64,000 nt of DNA from Vulcanimicrobiota bacterium (lineage in GTDB: Bacteria; Vulcanimicrobiota; Xenobia; Xenobiales; JADMJV01). Under the pieces are notes generated by a model that saw only the letters and a list, made by a program, of their open reading frames with translations, had not been told where the DNA came from and searched no databases. The stretch covers positions 128,001-192,000 of the forward strand of contig JBFWNU010000003.1 of NCBI GenBank assembly GCA_050250895.1, given 5' to 3'. A program made the position numbers and the translations under genes. Shown in pieces: positions 27,999 through 40,730 of the stretch (the first letter of the stretch is position 1; each line of letters starts with the position of its first letter).

Positions 27999-29224
27999 AG
28001 AGCCTCCTGTTTTGTTTCGAGGTAGAGGGTGGGGAAGGCGGCGTAGAAGCGGGCCGCGGCCGTCAGGTGCGCGATGGGGCACTGGTCTTCGGTCGAGTGG
28101 GCGTGGATTTCGTTGGCCGGGCCAAAACCCACGGTGGGAATGGAGAACATGCCGCAGGTGGCCACGCCGTTGGTCGAAAATCCCCACTTGTCGATGCGGG
28201 GCGCCTCTCCCAGAGCTTGTTCGGCCGCTTTGGCGGCCGCTTGCACCACCGGCTCGTCTTCGTCGAGGACCCAGGTCGGGTAGTATTTGGTGGTGGGGTA
28301 GGTGAGGCCGGTGTAGGCCTGCCGGGCATACTCGAGCAGGCGCACCTGGCCCTTAGCCGCTTTGACACTGGCGAGGTTGCGCAGCTGGTCCATGGCCGTC
28401 TGCTGGGTCTCGCCCCGGGTCAGGCGCCGGTCGACGTGGATGGTACAGCTGTCGGCCACCGCGCACAACGAGGGCGAGGTGGAGCGGATCTGCGAGATGG
28501 TCATCGAGCCTTTGCCCAGGAAAGGGTCGGCGCTGTCGGCCAGTTCGCGATTGAGGCGCTCGATGTCGGCGATGATGGGAGCCATGGCATAGATGGCGTT
28601 CTCGCCGAGTTCGGGCATCGAGCCGTGAGCCGAGCGGCCTTTGACTTCGATCTCCATCTCCATACGGCCGCGATGACCGCGATAGACTCCCAGGTTGGTG
28701 GGCTCGGTGATGACCACCACCTCGGGCTGCAGCACCTTTTCGTGCAGGATATACTGCCAGCACAGGCCGTCACAATCTTCCTCCATTACGGTGCCGGTGA
28801 TCCAGAGCTGGTAGTCGCCCGACAGGTCGAGGTCTTTGATGATGCGAGCGCCATAGACCATGGCCGCCATGGCGCCTTCCATGTCCGAGGCGCCGCGGCC
28901 GAAGATGATGCCGTCCTTGACCTCGCCCTGATAGGGGTCGCGGGTCCAGGCGCTGGGGTCGCCCACCCCTACCGTGTCGAGATGGGCGTCCATGGCGATG
29001 ACGGTCTTGCCGTTGCCGATGCGTCCCAGGATGTTGCCCAGGCCGTCGATCTTGATCTCGTCAAAACCGACTTTCTCCATCTCCTGGCGAACCCGCTCGA
29101 CCACCGCTTTTTCTTCGGTGCTCTCGGAAGGGATGGCGATCATGTCGCGCAAGAACGCGACCATTTCGGGGGTGTAGCGGTCGGCCAATTCCGCGATCTG
29201 CTCGGCCTGATTGGTGGTCAGCAT
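27995..29224 (-). CDS. ygeY: M20 hydrolase, YgeY family
   Basis: DAHLDTV, GRGASDM, MEEDCDGLCWQY and FSTNGV motifs. Confidence 0.9.
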   Translation of the reverse strand: MLTTNQAEQIAELADRYTPEMVAFLRDMIAIPSESTEEKAVVERVRQEMEKVGFDEIKIDGLGNILGRIGNGKTVIAMDAHLDTVGVGDPSAWTRDPYQGEVKDGIIFGRGASDMEGAMAAMVYGARIIKDLDLSGDYQLWITGTVMEEDCDGLCWQYILHEKVLQPEVVVITEPTNLGVYRGHRGRMEMEIEVKGRSAHGSMPELGENAIYAMAPIIADIERLNRELADSADPFLGKGSMTISQIRSTSPSLCAVADSCTIHVDRRLTRGETQQTAMDQLRNLASVKAAKGQVRLLEYARQAYTGLTYPTTKYYPTWVLDEDEPVVQAAAKAAEQALGEAPRIDKWGFSTNGVATCGMFSIPTVGFGPANEIHAHSTEDQCPIAHLTAAARFYAAFPTLYLETKQEAL

Positions 29225-31149
29225 GGAGCCTCCTCAAGACAATTGATGTAGTTGACCGTGTCGGTTGCGAACACGGCCTGATGCAAGCGAAGCATCAGGT
29301 GATAGTAGGTCAGGTCGATGACGCCCTCGGCCCGGCCGGTGACGGTGGCGGCCGGGTTGTCGGGGTCGAAGCTGACCTCGAAGGTGGGACCGGCGTAAGT
29401 GGGCGGATGGCCCAGGGCCAGGCGATACTCCCGGCCCTCGAAACGGGCCCAGACGGTGGTCGTCGTCAGATAGAACCCGTCGTGATCGGTGAAGCGCTCG
29501 AAGCTTTCCAGACTGCCGAAAAAGCGCGGCTTGATGGCGTACGGACCGCCGTCTTCAGGGCAGAAGATGTCGCAGTTGCCGCACTCGTTGCAAAAATCGG
29601 CGAAGTTGGCTAACTGGTGTTTTTGCTCGACAGGAATCGGCATCTGCTCAGTCAGCTTCCAGCCGCTGCCGTGCCGTTCGAGCAGCTGGCGGGGCACGGG
29701 TTGGCGGGGCAAGACGAAGGTGAAATTGGCGTCGTTGGGACAGACCGGGATGCACTTGTCGCAGGTCAGGCAGTCAAACAGCACCAGCCGGCTGCCGACC
29801 TTTTTGGGTGGCTTGGAGTTGGCGCTGTGGTGATAGCTGGGATCGGCCAGCAGTTGCTCGAGGTAGTGCTCGGTGTTGCGTAGGGCCGTTTGGGCAACCC
29901 ACTCTGGATAGGCCAGGGGAGACTCCGCTTCGGCCAGACCGTAGCTACGCAGGATGAATTCGTCGATGTTGCCGGCCCCGACTTTTTGCATGCGCGACTT
30001 GAGTTCGAGGTGATAGCCCTGGGCCCGTCCGTAGCCGCCGGGCCCGAGCAGGTCGCTGCAGACGGTCACCGGGGTCAAGCCTAGAGCGACCGCATCGGGA
30101 TAGTTCTTGCGTCCGATGCCGGCCGCAAACGAGATGGGCAGACGCTGACCGAAGTGGCGCCGCCAGTCGCGCACCAGGCACATGGCCAGCACGTGCAGGG
30201 GGCGCCCCGAGAGGTACATCTCCTTTTCGGTGGCGGGAAAGAAGTCGCGCTGGTTGTTTACGATGAGGGTGTTAGAGAACTTGACTCCAAAGCTCAGGCC
30301 AAGTTGGTGGGCCCTCTCCGAGAGGCGTTCTGAGAAGGCCACGGCCTGGTCCCAGCGGGTGTCCTTTTGGAAGGCCGACTCGGGCACCGTCGCCTCGTAA
30401 CCCAGCTGGTCGTTGAGCAGGCGCTTGACCTCGGCCTGGCCCAGCAGGGTGGGGTTGAGCTTGACCACGCAGTGCAGGCCGTGGTGCTGCATGAGAAACT
30501 CGAGGATGCGCTCGATCTCGTCGGGGGGGCAGCCGTGAAAGGTGGAGAGGGTGAGGGTGCGCGAGAGTTGGCGAGGAAAATCCAGATCGCGATAGGCCTT
30601 GGGCAGTTGGGGCCGCAGGCGGTCGATAACCGGGCCGGCGTCTTTCATACCGGTTAGGAAAGCCTCCACCCGAGGGTTCTGGATGCCGGCCAGATCATAG
30701 CCCACGCTCATGTCGTAGATGACCTCGTTGCGAACGTCGAGATGGGCTTTGAGCACCTCGATGAGCATGGCAGCCTTGACGTATTCTTCCAGCGACTGCT
30801 CGAGTTTGAGTTCTTGCGACCATTCCACGTTGTAGCCGACCGTCTGCATGTCGATGCAAGGACGGGGGATCTTCAGTTCGTCGAGCACCTGGACGGTCTT
30901 TAGTTCCATGATGCGCCCGCCGGCCAGCCAGCTGAGCACGATGTTCTGGGCCAGTTGGGAATGGGGTCCGGCGGCCGGTCCGAAGGGAGTCGAGGCGGGC
31001 TGGCCGTGGAAGCGAACCGAGAAGTCGACCTCGGGGTCGCCCAGGAAGAACTTGCGCCGGGGCAGATCGAAGATCGAGTCGCGGCTTTCGAGTTCGCGCA
31101 GCATGCGCCGGGTCAGGGCAGCGAGGGGATAGGGACAAAGTTCAGCCAT
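29218..31149 (-). CDS. YgfK-like oxidoreductase (dihydroorotate-dehydrogenase-like barrel plus ferredoxin), short form
   Basis: GPAAGPHSQLAQN, YNVEWSQEL, TLSTFHGCPPDEIE; CLTCDKC..VCPN and CNECGNC..FCP. Confidence 0.85.
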   Translation of the reverse strand: MAELCPYPLAALTRRMLRELESRDSIFDLPRRKFFLGDPEVDFSVRFHGQPASTPFGPAAGPHSQLAQNIVLSWLAGGRIMELKTVQVLDELKIPRPCIDMQTVGYNVEWSQELKLEQSLEEYVKAAMLIEVLKAHLDVRNEVIYDMSVGYDLAGIQNPRVEAFLTGMKDAGPVIDRLRPQLPKAYRDLDFPRQLSRTLTLSTFHGCPPDEIERILEFLMQHHGLHCVVKLNPTLLGQAEVKRLLNDQLGYEATVPESAFQKDTRWDQAVAFSERLSERAHQLGLSFGVKFSNTLIVNNQRDFFPATEKEMYLSGRPLHVLAMCLVRDWRRHFGQRLPISFAAGIGRKNYPDAVALGLTPVTVCSDLLGPGGYGRAQGYHLELKSRMQKVGAGNIDEFILRSYGLAEAESPLAYPEWVAQTALRNTEHYLEQLLADPSYHHSANSKPPKKVGSRLVLFDCLTCDKCIPVCPNDANFTFVLPRQPVPRQLLERHGSGWKLTEQMPIPVEQKHQLANFADFCNECGNCDIFCPEDGGPYAIKPRFFGSLESFERFTDHDGFYLTTTTVWARFEGREYRLALGHPPTYAGPTFEVSFDPDNPAATVTGRAEGVIDLTYYHLMLRLHQAVFATDTVNYINCLEEAPC

Positions 31150-32410
31150 GGGACCTCCTGAGGCCGGTGAACAACACCAGCGAGCGCCCTTGGGGGCGCA
31201 CCTGCAGCAGCCCGGCCAGGCCGGCCGTTCCGGTGTTGCTCACCGCGATATCGGTGGTTTGTCGGGCCAACCAGTTGGCCTCGTTCAAAAGCTCTTCCGA
31301 GGCCGCCAGCGGCCTGCCGCCGCTTTCTTTCATGGCCTTGACCAGTTCGAACCAGTCGTAGGTCTCGTCGTCGAGAATGCCGCTGGCCACACTGTGCGGC
31401 GGAGTGGGCCAGGGTCGCATGTAGCGCGAGCGGTGGGCGGCCACCTCAGACCAGGGAGCGTCCAGACGGTTCCAGGCGGCCAGCAGCGGCGAGGCCTCGG
31501 TCTGAACGGCATAAAGGGTGGGAACGCGCTTCACGGCGCCCAGGCGCAGGCCGTCGGAGTAGGCCTGCACGAACGAGCTGGCCAGCGCTCCCCCGCCCAC
31601 CTGGATGAAGACCTGGTCGAAGACCTCGCCCTGACGCAGCAGCTCGTAAGCCAGCGTCTGGCCGCCCTCGATGGTCAGGCCGTTTTCGGGACCCTGGCAG
31701 CCGAAGGGCAGGGCCCCTCCCGCCAGCGCCTGGCGAAAGCGCAAAAGGCAGGGGTCGCCGTGCTCCTCCGGATGGCGCGGACAAAGGGCCAGCTCGGCTC
31801 CCAACTGGCGGAGTCGCTCGACCACCAGCGGGTTGGCCTCGAGCGGGATGAACACCTTGAGGGGATACTCGGCCGCGGCCGCCACCACCGCTGCGGCCAG
31901 GGCGGCGTTGCCGCAGCTGGCGATGGCCAGTCGGGGGCGGGGGCCGGTCTGGCCGCGCAGGCGGCGGACCACCTCGAGGTAGAGGATGATCCCGAACAGA
32001 TGGCGAGCCTTGTGCGAGCCGGCTACATTGCCGGTTTCGTCCTTGACCCACACTTCGCAGTCGATTTCCTGGCTCAAGCGTTGTTCGTGCACACAAGGTG
32101 TGAAGAGAAAGCCGCGGCCGTCGACCCGGGCCACCCTCTCGTCGAGGCGGCGCACCAACTCGACATAGTCGGCGTCGGACATGGCGGTTCGGGCCAATTG
32201 GTAGCTGGTGAACAGATGGCGGAAAGCCACGAACGGGTTGGGGTCGTGGTCGTGGGGAAAGTGACCACTGTCGAGCTGGCGCTTGAGCACATGCTCGACA
32301 TCGTCGCGGCCGGCCCGCGGACAACGGAAGGGGAGGGGAGCCTCGGGGCTGATTGGGAGCTCGTAGCCACAGCCCACACACACGAACCGGCTCGAGATGG
32401 TCGAGATCAT
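31142..32410 (-). CDS. PLP-dependent fold-type II enzyme (threonine synthase-like)
   Basis: [21 protein letters not shown] and QVGGGAL motifs; N-terminal Zn ribbon. Confidence 0.85.
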   Translation of the reverse strand: MISTISSRFVCVGCGYELPISPEAPLPFRCPRAGRDDVEHVLKRQLDSGHFPHDHDPNPFVAFRHLFTSYQLARTAMSDADYVELVRRLDERVARVDGRGFLFTPCVHEQRLSQEIDCEVWVKDETGNVAGSHKARHLFGIILYLEVVRRLRGQTGPRPRLAIASCGNAALAAAVVAAAAEYPLKVFIPLEANPLVVERLRQLGAELALCPRHPEEHGDPCLLRFRQALAGGALPFGCQGPENGLTIEGGQTLAYELLRQGEVFDQVFIQVGGGALASSFVQAYSDGLRLGAVKRVPTLYAVQTEASPLLAAWNRLDAPWSEVAAHRSRYMRPWPTPPHSVASGILDDETYDWFELVKAMKESGGRPLAASEELLNEANWLARQTTDIAVSNTGTAGLAGLLQVRPQGRSLVLFTGLRRSHG

Positions 32411-33891
32411 GCCAGCGCTCCCGTCTCGGCGTTAAAGGCCTGGATCTGCTCGTCCCAGGCCTCTACCAGCTCGTGCAACCCGCGCCAGAACGCCTGTTTT
32501 CGGCGGGCCTCGAAGTCGGCCAGGGCAACACCCTGCTGCTCGACCCAGGTATAGTATCCCAGGTTGAAGATGCGCTTGCGTTGGGGGTGGGTCAGCTCGA
32601 GCAGGTGGTCGACCCCCAGCCCGGCCAGGTGCTGGCCATAGACCTCGCCAGCGGCCACCGGGTCAAAGCCGTCGGGGAAGTAGCCAGCCAGGGCTTTGTC
32701 ATACTCGGTGGCATACATTTCGTGGGCGTCGGTGGCCACCGTGATGATGGCCTGGGTCTCGTCGAAGTCGAAATAGCGAGCCACTTTGATAGCGCTTGCG
32801 ATGTTGCACAACGAGGAGAGCCCGAGCTGACCGAGCCGGTCGACCAGGGTGGGATCGACGCCCCGACGTGTCTTGAGATAGTTGCGCCCCGTCGGGCTGT
32901 TGAACAGCAGGTCGAGACAGTCGGTGGTGTGCTCGGAGATGGCCACCACCAGGTCGGTGTTCATGACGTTATGGATGAAGGGAACGTGCTTGTCTCCGAT
33001 GCCCTGGATGTTGTGCTCGCCGAACCCGTTCTCGAGCAGAGTCGGGCATTCGAGCGCTTCGGCAGCCACGATGCGCGTGCCGAAGCGGTCCTTGAGATAG
33101 TCGCCGGCGCCGATGGTGCCGGCCGAACCGGTGGCCGAAACGAAGGCCTCCAGGCTCAACTGCCCGGGCAGGTGGGTGAAGATGGTCTCGAGCGCCCGTC
33201 CGGTGCAGTGGTGATGAACCAGGTAGTTGGCGAACTCGCAGAACTGGTTGAAGATGATGTTGTGGGGGTCGGCCTCGAGTTCGGCACACTTGTCGTAGAT
33301 TTCTTTGACGTTGCTTTCGGTGCCGGGCGTGCGCACGATGTCGTCATCGGCTTTGACCCAGCGGGCCAGCCAGTCGAAGCGCTCGGCGCTCATCCCGGCC
33401 GGTAAAATGGCCACTCCGTGACAATCGAGAATTTTCGAGATGGCCACCCCGCCCCGGCAATAGTTGCCGGTCGAGGGCCACAGGGCTCGATGCTCGCTCG
33501 GGTCGAACTGTCCGGTCACCAGCCGGGGAGCCAGACAGGCATAGGCGGCCAGCACCTTGTGGGCGCGGATCATCGGAAACAGCCACCCCAGTGCCACCAC
33601 GATGGGAGCGCGCACTCCGGTCAGCGACGACGGCAACACCAGGTGGGCCGGCACTTCCACCCGGCCTCGCCGGTCGGGACTGTTGAACCAGTGCACCCGA
33701 AACAGGTTGAGGGGATGGGCCGCGTCGGGGTCGACCTCGTTGAGCTGATGGCTGATGGTCGCCGGAATGGTCTCGGGCCGAGCCAGCTGAGAAAAGGTGG
33801 GCAGAGCCACCCGCGAGCGGCGAAAGTGCTCGATAGCCCGGGCCCGCACCCCGGCATCCACGATATGACTTTCTAGACCAAGACGTGCCAA
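32407..33891 (-). CDS. PLP-dependent fold-type II enzyme (cysteine synthase-like)
   Basis: AHKV, PSTGNY, TGSAGT and HNIQGIG motifs. Confidence 0.85.
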   Translation of the reverse strand: MARLGLESHIVDAGVRARAIEHFRRSRVALPTFSQLARPETIPATISHQLNEVDPDAAHPLNLFRVHWFNSPDRRGRVEVPAHLVLPSSLTGVRAPIVVALGWLFPMIRAHKVLAAYACLAPRLVTGQFDPSEHRALWPSTGNYCRGGVAISKILDCHGVAILPAGMSAERFDWLARWVKADDDIVRTPGTESNVKEIYDKCAELEADPHNIIFNQFCEFANYLVHHHCTGRALETIFTHLPGQLSLEAFVSATGSAGTIGAGDYLKDRFGTRIVAAEALECPTLLENGFGEHNIQGIGDKHVPFIHNVMNTDLVVAISEHTTDCLDLLFNSPTGRNYLKTRRGVDPTLVDRLGQLGLSSLCNIASAIKVARYFDFDETQAIITVATDAHEMYATEYDKALAGYFPDGFDPVAAGEVYGQHLAGLGVDHLLELTHPQRKRIFNLGYYTWVEQQGVALADFEARRKQAFWRGLHELVEAWDEQIQAFNAETGALA

Positions 33892-33903
33892 AGTGTTCTC
33901 CTT

Positions 33904-35094
33904 CTAGACCCGCAGGGCCAGCATGGCGTCAAACAGCCGGTCGGCCTGCTGTCTGGCCTCGCACAGAATGGTGGCGTAATCGGCCGCCAGCAGCTGGCCG
34001 TTCTCGACCACCCGCTGGCCGTTCACGCACAGGTGGCGGGCCCGGCCATCCTCCAGGCAGGCGACATCGGCCACCGTGCCCGCTTCAAGGGGGACGAAGG
34101 GAGCCTTGAACAGTTGCTCGAGCAGACGCCAGCCACCGGCCGCCCGGGCCTGGATCTGGGCCGGCTTTTCGCCCAGGTCCTCGAGCAGGGACTCTTCGGC
34201 CGAAAGGTCGGATGGATAGCCATCGGTCCCCAGCGCCACCTGCTGGCTGTAGCCCAGGTGAGAGGCGTAGCCGACCCGATTGCCCTGATTCGAGCGAGGG
34301 TTCTGAATCAGCCAGCAGCCCAGCTCTTCGACCCGGGCCACCTGTTGGGCGGTGAGGTGCACTCCGTGGGCCAGGATCGAACCCGGCGGCAAAGCTCCTA
34401 GCTGCTCGAGGCGCTCGAGGGGGCCGGCATAACCGCGCCGGCGGGCGTCTTCGACGTCGGCGCCGTCTTCGGCCAGGTGCACATGCATGACCGTGTCGTA
34501 GCGGCGGCACAGCTCAGCTGCTTCGACAATGGTCTCGTCCGAGACGGTGAAAGAGGCGTGCAGGCCGACCAACCCCTTGACCAGCGGACGCCGGTTGGTG
34601 GATAGAAAGCGGGCGCACTCGGCCAGCCCTCGGCGGGCTTCCTGGCGTCCGCCGTTGCGTTCGGTGGCCCCAAAGCAGAGTACGGCGCGCATGCCCAACT
34701 CCTGGCAGGCGTCGGCCAACACGTCGAGCGACCCCTCGATGAAGTTGGGCGACTCGTGGTGGTCGATCAAACAGGTGGTGCCTTGCATGAGCGACTCGGC
34801 CACGTAGTAACGGGCCGAAGCTCGCAGGCTGGCCTCATCCAGAGCCCGATCCAGACGCCACCAGAGTCGCTCGAGAATCTGCAAAAAGTTCTGGGCCGGC
34901 GGGTCGGGCTGGGGAATGCCAAAGGGAGCCAGACCGCTATAAATGTGGGTGTGGGCGTTGACCCGGCCCGGCTCGATGGTCAGACCTCGGCAGTCGAGGC
35001 GATGGACCCCGGCGGGCAGACTCAAATCGGGGGCCAGGTTCTTCACCGTGGCCTGGTCGGTGAGCAGGGTGTTAGTGCCAATAAAGGCGAGCAT
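33904..35094 (-). CDS. SsnA-like amidohydrolase
   Basis: [32 protein letters not shown] and LGTDG motifs. Confidence 0.88.
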   Translation of the reverse strand: MLAFIGTNTLLTDQATVKNLAPDLSLPAGVHRLDCRGLTIEPGRVNAHTHIYSGLAPFGIPQPDPPAQNFLQILERLWWRLDRALDEASLRASARYYVAESLMQGTTCLIDHHESPNFIEGSLDVLADACQELGMRAVLCFGATERNGGRQEARRGLAECARFLSTNRRPLVKGLVGLHASFTVSDETIVEAAELCRRYDTVMHVHLAEDGADVEDARRRGYAGPLERLEQLGALPPGSILAHGVHLTAQQVARVEELGCWLIQNPRSNQGNRVGYASHLGYSQQVALGTDGYPSDLSAEESLLEDLGEKPAQIQARAAGGWRLLEQLFKAPFVPLEAGTVADVACLEDGRARHLCVNGQRVVENGQLLAADYATILCEARQQADRLFDAMLALRV

Positions 35095-37720
35095 CCGTCG
35101 CTCCTTTCGTTCTGATGCGGCCCACCGACATGGCTCGGGAGGCCGGCGAATCTTTCATCGGCAACTGATAGCGGCGCCTGCCATCAAAGGCATAAAGGGC
35201 GTTGGCCACGGAGGCGGCGGTGGGCACCAACCCGATTTCGCCCACTCCTTTGGCGCCAAAGGGGCCTTCGGGCTCGGGCTCTTCCACCAGGATGACCTCG
35301 ACCTCGGGCATGTCCTGGGCCCGCAACACCCCCAGCTCGCGCAGCTTGAAGCTGACCGGCATACCGTTGTGGCAGGGCAGCTCTTCGGTCAGGGCATAGC
35401 CCAGTCCCATGTGGATGGCCCCCTGAATCTGGCCTTCGCACAGGGCCGGGTTGACGGCTCGACCGACGTCGTGAGCGGCCACCATGCGCTCGACCCGACC
35501 CGCTTCATCGAGCACGCACAACTGGCTGGCATAGCCGAACGAGGTGTGGGTCTTGATGTTTGTCCCGCGCGCCCCGAGTGGAGTGGTGTCGTCATAGCAG
35601 ACATCGGCGGCAAACACCTGGCCGGTCAGCTCTTCGAGAGAATGCTCGGCCAGAGCCGCTTTGAGCTTGGCGGCCGCGCTCTCGACCGCTTTGCCCGCAA
35701 AGAGCGTGGCCCGCGAGCCGGTGGTCTGACCGCAGTCAAGAGCATAGCGCGAGTCGACCTTGGGCCGAAAGAGACGGGCCGGCAGGCCGGTCAGGCTGAC
35801 GGCGAACTGGATCAACACGGTCAGCAGCCCCTGGCCCATCTCGGTATAGCCGTTATAGAGCGAGATGGTGCCGTCTTCTTCCACCACCAGGCGGCACTTG
35901 CCCCACTCGGCCACGCCATTGCCGATGCCGGTGTTCTTGAGTCCGCAGGCCAGACCCACCGCCCGGCCTCGTTGGCGATGCCGATAGAAATGGGGCTTGA
36001 TGGCCTCGAGAGTCTTCTTGATGCCCACCGACTTGTCGAGCACCTGGCCGGTCGAGTAGACGTCACCCACCTCGAGGGCGTTGCGCCAGCGCATCTCCCA
36101 GCCATCCAGGCCGACCTTTTCGGCCAGCATGTCGAGACAACTCTCGAGGGCGAAGTGGGCCTGATTGGCCCCAAAGCCTCGCATAGCCCCACAGGGCGGA
36201 TTGTTGGTATGCACGGCCAGAGCCTCGATGTCGACATGGTCGACCCGGTAAGGACCGCAGGCGTGGCCGGCCGCCCGCTCGAGCACCTTGGCTCCCACCG
36301 AGGCATAGGCGCCGGTGTCGCCCAGCATGCGGGCCCGCACGGCCGTCAGACGACCCTGCTCGTCACATCCGACCTCGTAGTCCATCTGGATCGGATGGCG
36401 CTTGGGGTGCATTCGGACCGACTCTTCCCGGCTCAGGGTCACGCGGGCCGGCCGGCCGGTGAGCCGGGCCAGCAAGGCCGCGTGGGCCTGGATGGTCATA
36501 TCTTCTTTGCCACCGAAGGCGCCTCCGTTAGGCACTAGCTCGACCTCTACCTGGTCCACCTCAAGGCCGAGGAAGGCGGCCACCTGGCGGCGGTCGTCAA
36601 AGACTCCCTGCCCCTGGGTATAGAGATGGATCCCGCTTTCGGTGGGCACGGCCAGGGCCGACTCGGGCTCGAGAAAAAGATGCTCGATGCGCTGCGTGGT
36701 GAAGGTCTCGCGCACCACGTAGGCGCTCTGGCTCAGGGCGCTTTCGGCCTGGCCCCGCCGGATGGTCGAGTGGGACAGCAGGTTGGGGCTGTCGCGATTG
36801 ACCCGAGGGGCGTCCGGCGCCAGGGACTGGCGAGGGTCGAGCACCGGCTCGAGGGGCTCATACTCGACCTCGACCAGTTCGGCCGCCCGGCGAGCGGTGG
36901 CCTCGTCTTCTGCTCCTACCACGGCCACCACGTCGCCCACGCAGTTGACTACTTCGCCCGCCGCCACCAGGCCCGGCCAGTCTGGATGAAGCAGCCCGTA
37001 AAAGCGGTCTCCGGGCACGTCGGCGGCCGTCAGAACGCACACTACGCCGGGCTGGGCCAGGGCCTGCTCGGTGTGGACGGAACGAACCCGGGCTCGGGGG
37101 TGGGGGGAGAGGAGAACCACCCCCGAGACCAGGTTGTCAAACTTGAGGTCGCTGACGTAGGCTCGCTGGCCCAGCACCGTCTCGGCGCCTTGATAGCGCG
37201 CCAGCGATTGGCCGACTCCACCCTGTTTCAGGGGGCGGGGCACGGTTTCGCCCCGGCGGGCCCGGGCTACCATCTCGATAGCGTCGATGATCTTGACATA
37301 GCCGGTGCAGCGGCAGAGGTGGGCGTCGATGGCTTTGGCGATCTCGGCTCGGGTCGGGTCGGGATTGTTTTTGAGCAAGAAGCTGGCCCGCAGGGCCAGC
37401 CCGGGAATGCAAAACCCGCACTGCAGGCCGGCGGCGGATACGAAAGCCTGGGCGATCTCTTCTCGTTCCTCGTCGGCCAGACCCTCGAGGGTGACGATCT
37501 CCTTGCCCTCGACCCGGTCGGCAGGCATGGCGCAGGTCACCTTGGCCTGGCCGTCGATGAGGGCCAGGCAACAGCCGCACTGGCCCTGCGGCTTGCACCC
37601 GTCCTTGGTGGAGCGGATGCCGCACCGATTGCGCAACAGGTCGAGCAGGCTCTCGCCAGGCTCGACCTGGTGGCACTGGGGCTGACCGTTGAGGCGAAAG
37701 CGAACTTCCATCGATGCCAT
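35072..37720 (-). CDS. molybdenum hydroxylase (selenium-dependent xanthine dehydrogenase-type; 2Fe-2S fused to the Mo-binding subunit)
   Basis: [37 protein letters not shown] and GAKGVGE motifs. Confidence 0.9.
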   Translation of the reverse strand: MASMEVRFRLNGQPQCHQVEPGESLLDLLRNRCGIRSTKDGCKPQGQCGCCLALIDGQAKVTCAMPADRVEGKEIVTLEGLADEEREEIAQAFVSAAGLQCGFCIPGLALRASFLLKNNPDPTRAEIAKAIDAHLCRCTGYVKIIDAIEMVARARRGETVPRPLKQGGVGQSLARYQGAETVLGQRAYVSDLKFDNLVSGVVLLSPHPRARVRSVHTEQALAQPGVVCVLTAADVPGDRFYGLLHPDWPGLVAAGEVVNCVGDVVAVVGAEDEATARRAAELVEVEYEPLEPVLDPRQSLAPDAPRVNRDSPNLLSHSTIRRGQAESALSQSAYVVRETFTTQRIEHLFLEPESALAVPTESGIHLYTQGQGVFDDRRQVAAFLGLEVDQVEVELVPNGGAFGGKEDMTIQAHAALLARLTGRPARVTLSREESVRMHPKRHPIQMDYEVGCDEQGRLTAVRARMLGDTGAYASVGAKVLERAAGHACGPYRVDHVDIEALAVHTNNPPCGAMRGFGANQAHFALESCLDMLAEKVGLDGWEMRWRNALEVGDVYSTGQVLDKSVGIKKTLEAIKPHFYRHRQRGRAVGLACGLKNTGIGNGVAEWGKCRLVVEEDGTISLYNGYTEMGQGLLTVLIQFAVSLTGLPARLFRPKVDSRYALDCGQTTGSRATLFAGKAVESAAAKLKAALAEHSLEELTGQVFAADVCYDDTTPLGARGTNIKTHTSFGYASQLCVLDEAGRVERMVAAHDVGRAVNPALCEGQIQGAIHMGLGYALTEELPCHNGMPVSFKLRELGVLRAQDMPEVEVILVEEPEPEGPFGAKGVGEIGLVPTAASVANALYAFDGRRRYQLPMKDSPASRAMSVGRIRTKGATDARLYWH

Positions 37721-37756
37721 TCTGCCAGTTGGAAGGGGAGTGGAAAATGACCTGGG

Positions 37757-40219
37757 TCAGTCCACCAGCAAGGGCTCGAGATGCCAGATGTCCCGGCTAT
37801 ATTCGCCGATGGTGCGGTCCGACGAAAAGAATCCGCAACTGGCCACATTGAGAATCGACTTACGGGTCCAATCCTCGACCTGGCAAAAGTGACGGTCGAC
37901 CTGATCCTGGACTTCGACATAGCTGCGATAGTCGGCCAGCACCAGATACTCGTCGTGATGCAGCAACGAATCGACCAGTTCGCCAAAGTGGTGGCCGAAG
38001 TCGCCGCGGGCGATGGAGTCGATGGCTCGGGCCAGTTCTCCGTCGCTGCTATAGTAGTGGCCCGGGTTATAGCCGGAGGCTTTGAGGGCAAAGACTTCTT
38101 CGGTGGTCAGACCAAACAGGAAGAAGTTCTCTTCCCCCACCAGGTCACGGATTTCGACGTTGGCCCCATCCAGGGTCCCCACCGTCAGGGCCCCATTGAG
38201 GGCCAGTTTCATGTTGCCGGTGCCGGAGGCTTCCTTGCCGGCCAGCGAGATCTGCTCGGAGAGGTCGGCGGCGGGATAGATGACCTCGCCCAGGCTGACG
38301 TTGAAGTTGGGCAGAAAGGCCACCCGCAAAGAGGGGGTCTCATTGACCACCTCGGCCACCGAGTTGATGAGCTTGATAATCAGCTTGGCCATCCGATAGC
38401 CGGGGGCGGCTTTGGCTCCGAAGATGAAGGTGCGGGGCACGGTTTCGGCCTCGGGGTCGTCGAGCCAGCGCTGATAGAGGGTGATGATGTGCAGCACCTT
38501 GAGCACCTGGCGCTTGTATTCGTGGAGCCGCTTGACCATGACGTCGAACATCGACTCGGGGTCGACCTCAAGACCCAGCTGTAGCCCGATGTGGTCGGTG
38601 AGACGTCTCTTGTTGGCCATCTTGACGGCTCGCCAGGCCTTGCGAAAAGTGGCTTTGCCGGCCAGCTTCTTCAAGCCTTCGAGGCGATCGAGGTGGTTGA
38701 GCCAATCCTCACCCAGGTGGCTGGTCAACAGCTCGGACAGTGCAGGGTTGGACAGGCGCATAAAGCGCCTAGGCGAGACTCCGTTGGTCTTGTTGTTGAA
38801 CTTCTCGGGCCACATTTCGGCAAAGTCGTTGAGCACCCGTTCGGCCAGCAAGCGCGACTGGAGTTCGGCCACTCCGTTGACCGAGAAACTGCCCACGCAG
38901 GCCAGATAGGCCATGCGCACCAGCTTGTCAGGACCTTCCTCGATGAGCGACATTCTGGCCTGGCGGGCGTGGTCGCCAGGATAGCGCCGCGCCACCTCCT
39001 GCAGAAAGCGATGGTTGATCTCGTAGATGATCTCGAGATGCCTGGGCAAGACGTTCTCGAGTAGCCGCACCGGCCAGCGTTCGAGAGCCTCGGGCAGCAG
39101 GGTGTGTTGGGTCGAGGCGAAGGTGCGGGTGGTGATACTCCAGGCCTGGTCCCACTCGAGGCCGTGCTCGTCGACTAAAAGCCGCATCAGCTCGGGAATG
39201 GCCATGACGGGATGGGTGTCGTTGAGCTGAACCACGGCCTTCTCGGGCAGCTGCTCGAGACCGTCGTTACAGGTCAAGAAGATGCGCAGCATGTCGGCCA
39301 GCGAACAGGCCACGAAGAAATACTGCTGGCGCAGGCGCAGTTCGCGTCCCTGGGGAGTGTTGTCGTTGGGATAGAGCACTTTGCTGATGGTCTCGGACTC
39401 GACCTTTTGGGCCACGGCCCGGTGGAAGTCGCCCTCGTCGAAGACCTGAAAGTTGAACTCGTGCGAAGCCCGGGCCCGCCATAAACGCAGCAGGTTGACC
39501 ACCGGGCTCTGATAGCCGGGCACCAGCATGTGATACGGCTCGCCCAGCACCGTCTGCTCGGGTACCCAGCGCCGTCGCTGTTTTCCCTGCTCGTCGAGGT
39601 AGCTCTCGGTGTAGCCGCCGAAGTTGACGGTCACGATGTCGTCGGGCTGGGGAAATTCCCAGGGGTTGCCCAGAAACAGCCAGTCGTCGGGGCGCTCGAA
39701 CTGCCAGCCGTCGCGAAAGAGTTGCTCGAAGATGCCGAATTCGTAGCGGATGCCGTAGGCCACACAGGGCAATCCCAGGGTGGCCAGCGAGTCGAGAAAG
39801 CAGGCAGCCAGGCGTCCCAGGCCGCCGTTGCCCAGGCCTGGCTCGCGGTCTTTGGCCAGTAGAGCCTCGGGATCGTGGCCAAACTCGCGCATCGCCTGGG
39901 CGGCGGTCTCGGTCAACCCGGTGTAGAGCAGGTTCTGGCGCAACTGCTCGCCCAACAGGTATTCGGCCGAAAGGTAGTAGACCGTGCGGGGGTTCTTCTC
40001 GAAGTAGGCTTTCTCGGTCTTTTGCCAGCGGCGCACCAGCTGGTCGCGCACCGTGTAGCAAAGAGTCATGAAGCGGTCGATGTCGGTGGCCGTGTAGACC
40101 GGCTGGCCTCGCGTGTAATACAGGTTGTCGGCCAGCGCCTGCTGGAAGTCGGCTACCGATTCGATATCCCGCCGGCGCACGGTCGGGCTGCCGGTGGCTT
40201 CATGCAAATGAGGTTTCAT
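37757..40219 (-). CDS. glgP: glycogen/starch/alpha-glucan phosphorylase
   Basis: [30 protein letters not shown] and EASGTGNMK motifs. Confidence 0.96.
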   Translation of the reverse strand: MKPHLHEATGSPTVRRRDIESVADFQQALADNLYYTRGQPVYTATDIDRFMTLCYTVRDQLVRRWQKTEKAYFEKNPRTVYYLSAEYLLGEQLRQNLLYTGLTETAAQAMREFGHDPEALLAKDREPGLGNGGLGRLAACFLDSLATLGLPCVAYGIRYEFGIFEQLFRDGWQFERPDDWLFLGNPWEFPQPDDIVTVNFGGYTESYLDEQGKQRRRWVPEQTVLGEPYHMLVPGYQSPVVNLLRLWRARASHEFNFQVFDEGDFHRAVAQKVESETISKVLYPNDNTPQGRELRLRQQYFFVACSLADMLRIFLTCNDGLEQLPEKAVVQLNDTHPVMAIPELMRLLVDEHGLEWDQAWSITTRTFASTQHTLLPEALERWPVRLLENVLPRHLEIIYEINHRFLQEVARRYPGDHARQARMSLIEEGPDKLVRMAYLACVGSFSVNGVAELQSRLLAERVLNDFAEMWPEKFNNKTNGVSPRRFMRLSNPALSELLTSHLGEDWLNHLDRLEGLKKLAGKATFRKAWRAVKMANKRRLTDHIGLQLGLEVDPESMFDVMVKRLHEYKRQVLKVLHIITLYQRWLDDPEAETVPRTFIFGAKAAPGYRMAKLIIKLINSVAEVVNETPSLRVAFLPNFNVSLGEVIYPAADLSEQISLAGKEASGTGNMKLALNGALTVGTLDGANVEIRDLVGEENFFLFGLTTEEVFALKASGYNPGHYYSSDGELARAIDSIARGDFGHHFGELVDSLLHHDEYLVLADYRSYVEVQDQVDRHFCQVEDWTRKSILNVASCGFFSSDRTIGEYSRDIWHLEPLLVD

Positions 40220-40305
40220 CGCTCAACCATAGCCCAGATGGCGCGCCCTGGAAATGACCTCGGTCAGGGCCCAGGGATCTGTCCTTCGGTGCAAAATCAG
40301 GCCAG

Positions 40306-40728
40306 ATGGACCTGACCCAATGGCGTGACCAGCTCACGCCCTGCCTCACCGGCGTGCTGGCCGAACTGCCCGTATCACCTGACGAGATCGCGATGCTGGT
40401 GCTCGACCTTCATCCCTGGGAGGGGCATCTCGAACTCTGCTTGCTGACCCGTGACGAGGCCCGCCAGGACCCGGCTCTGCGCTCGGTGGAGGAGTCGGCC
40501 GCCTGGCAGCACTTCGCCTTTAGCGAAGAACTCGTCAGTTGGGCGCCGACGGCGGCTCTGGCGGCGCGGATGCGGGCCGACTATGAACAAGCCGGACAAA
40601 AGGCGGTCGTGGGCCGGGCCTATTTCGAGGCTTGCGCCGAGGCGATGGCCCAGGCCTACGCTGGACTCAAGTTTCCGATCCTCCTCAGCCACCCCGACGA
40701 CGGCGAGGTCTTCTTCCGCTCGCCCTGA
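40306..40728 (+). CDS. hypothetical protein
   Basis: 140 aa ORF filling the gap between two minus-strand genes. Confidence 0.65.
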   Translation: MDLTQWRDQLTPCLTGVLAELPVSPDEIAMLVLDLHPWEGHLELCLLTRDEARQDPALRSVEESAAWQHFAFSEELVSWAPTAALAARMRADYEQAGQKAVVGRAYFEACAEAMAQAYAGLKFPILLSHPDDGEVFFRSP

Positions 40729-40730
40729 AA

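Noticed and set aside
34943-36538. Long + strand ORF (531 aa) and similar antisense ORFs (e.g. 2289..3377, 28067..29251, 31148..32554)
   Set aside because: Antisense shadows of well-supported minus-strand genes, typical of high-GC DNA
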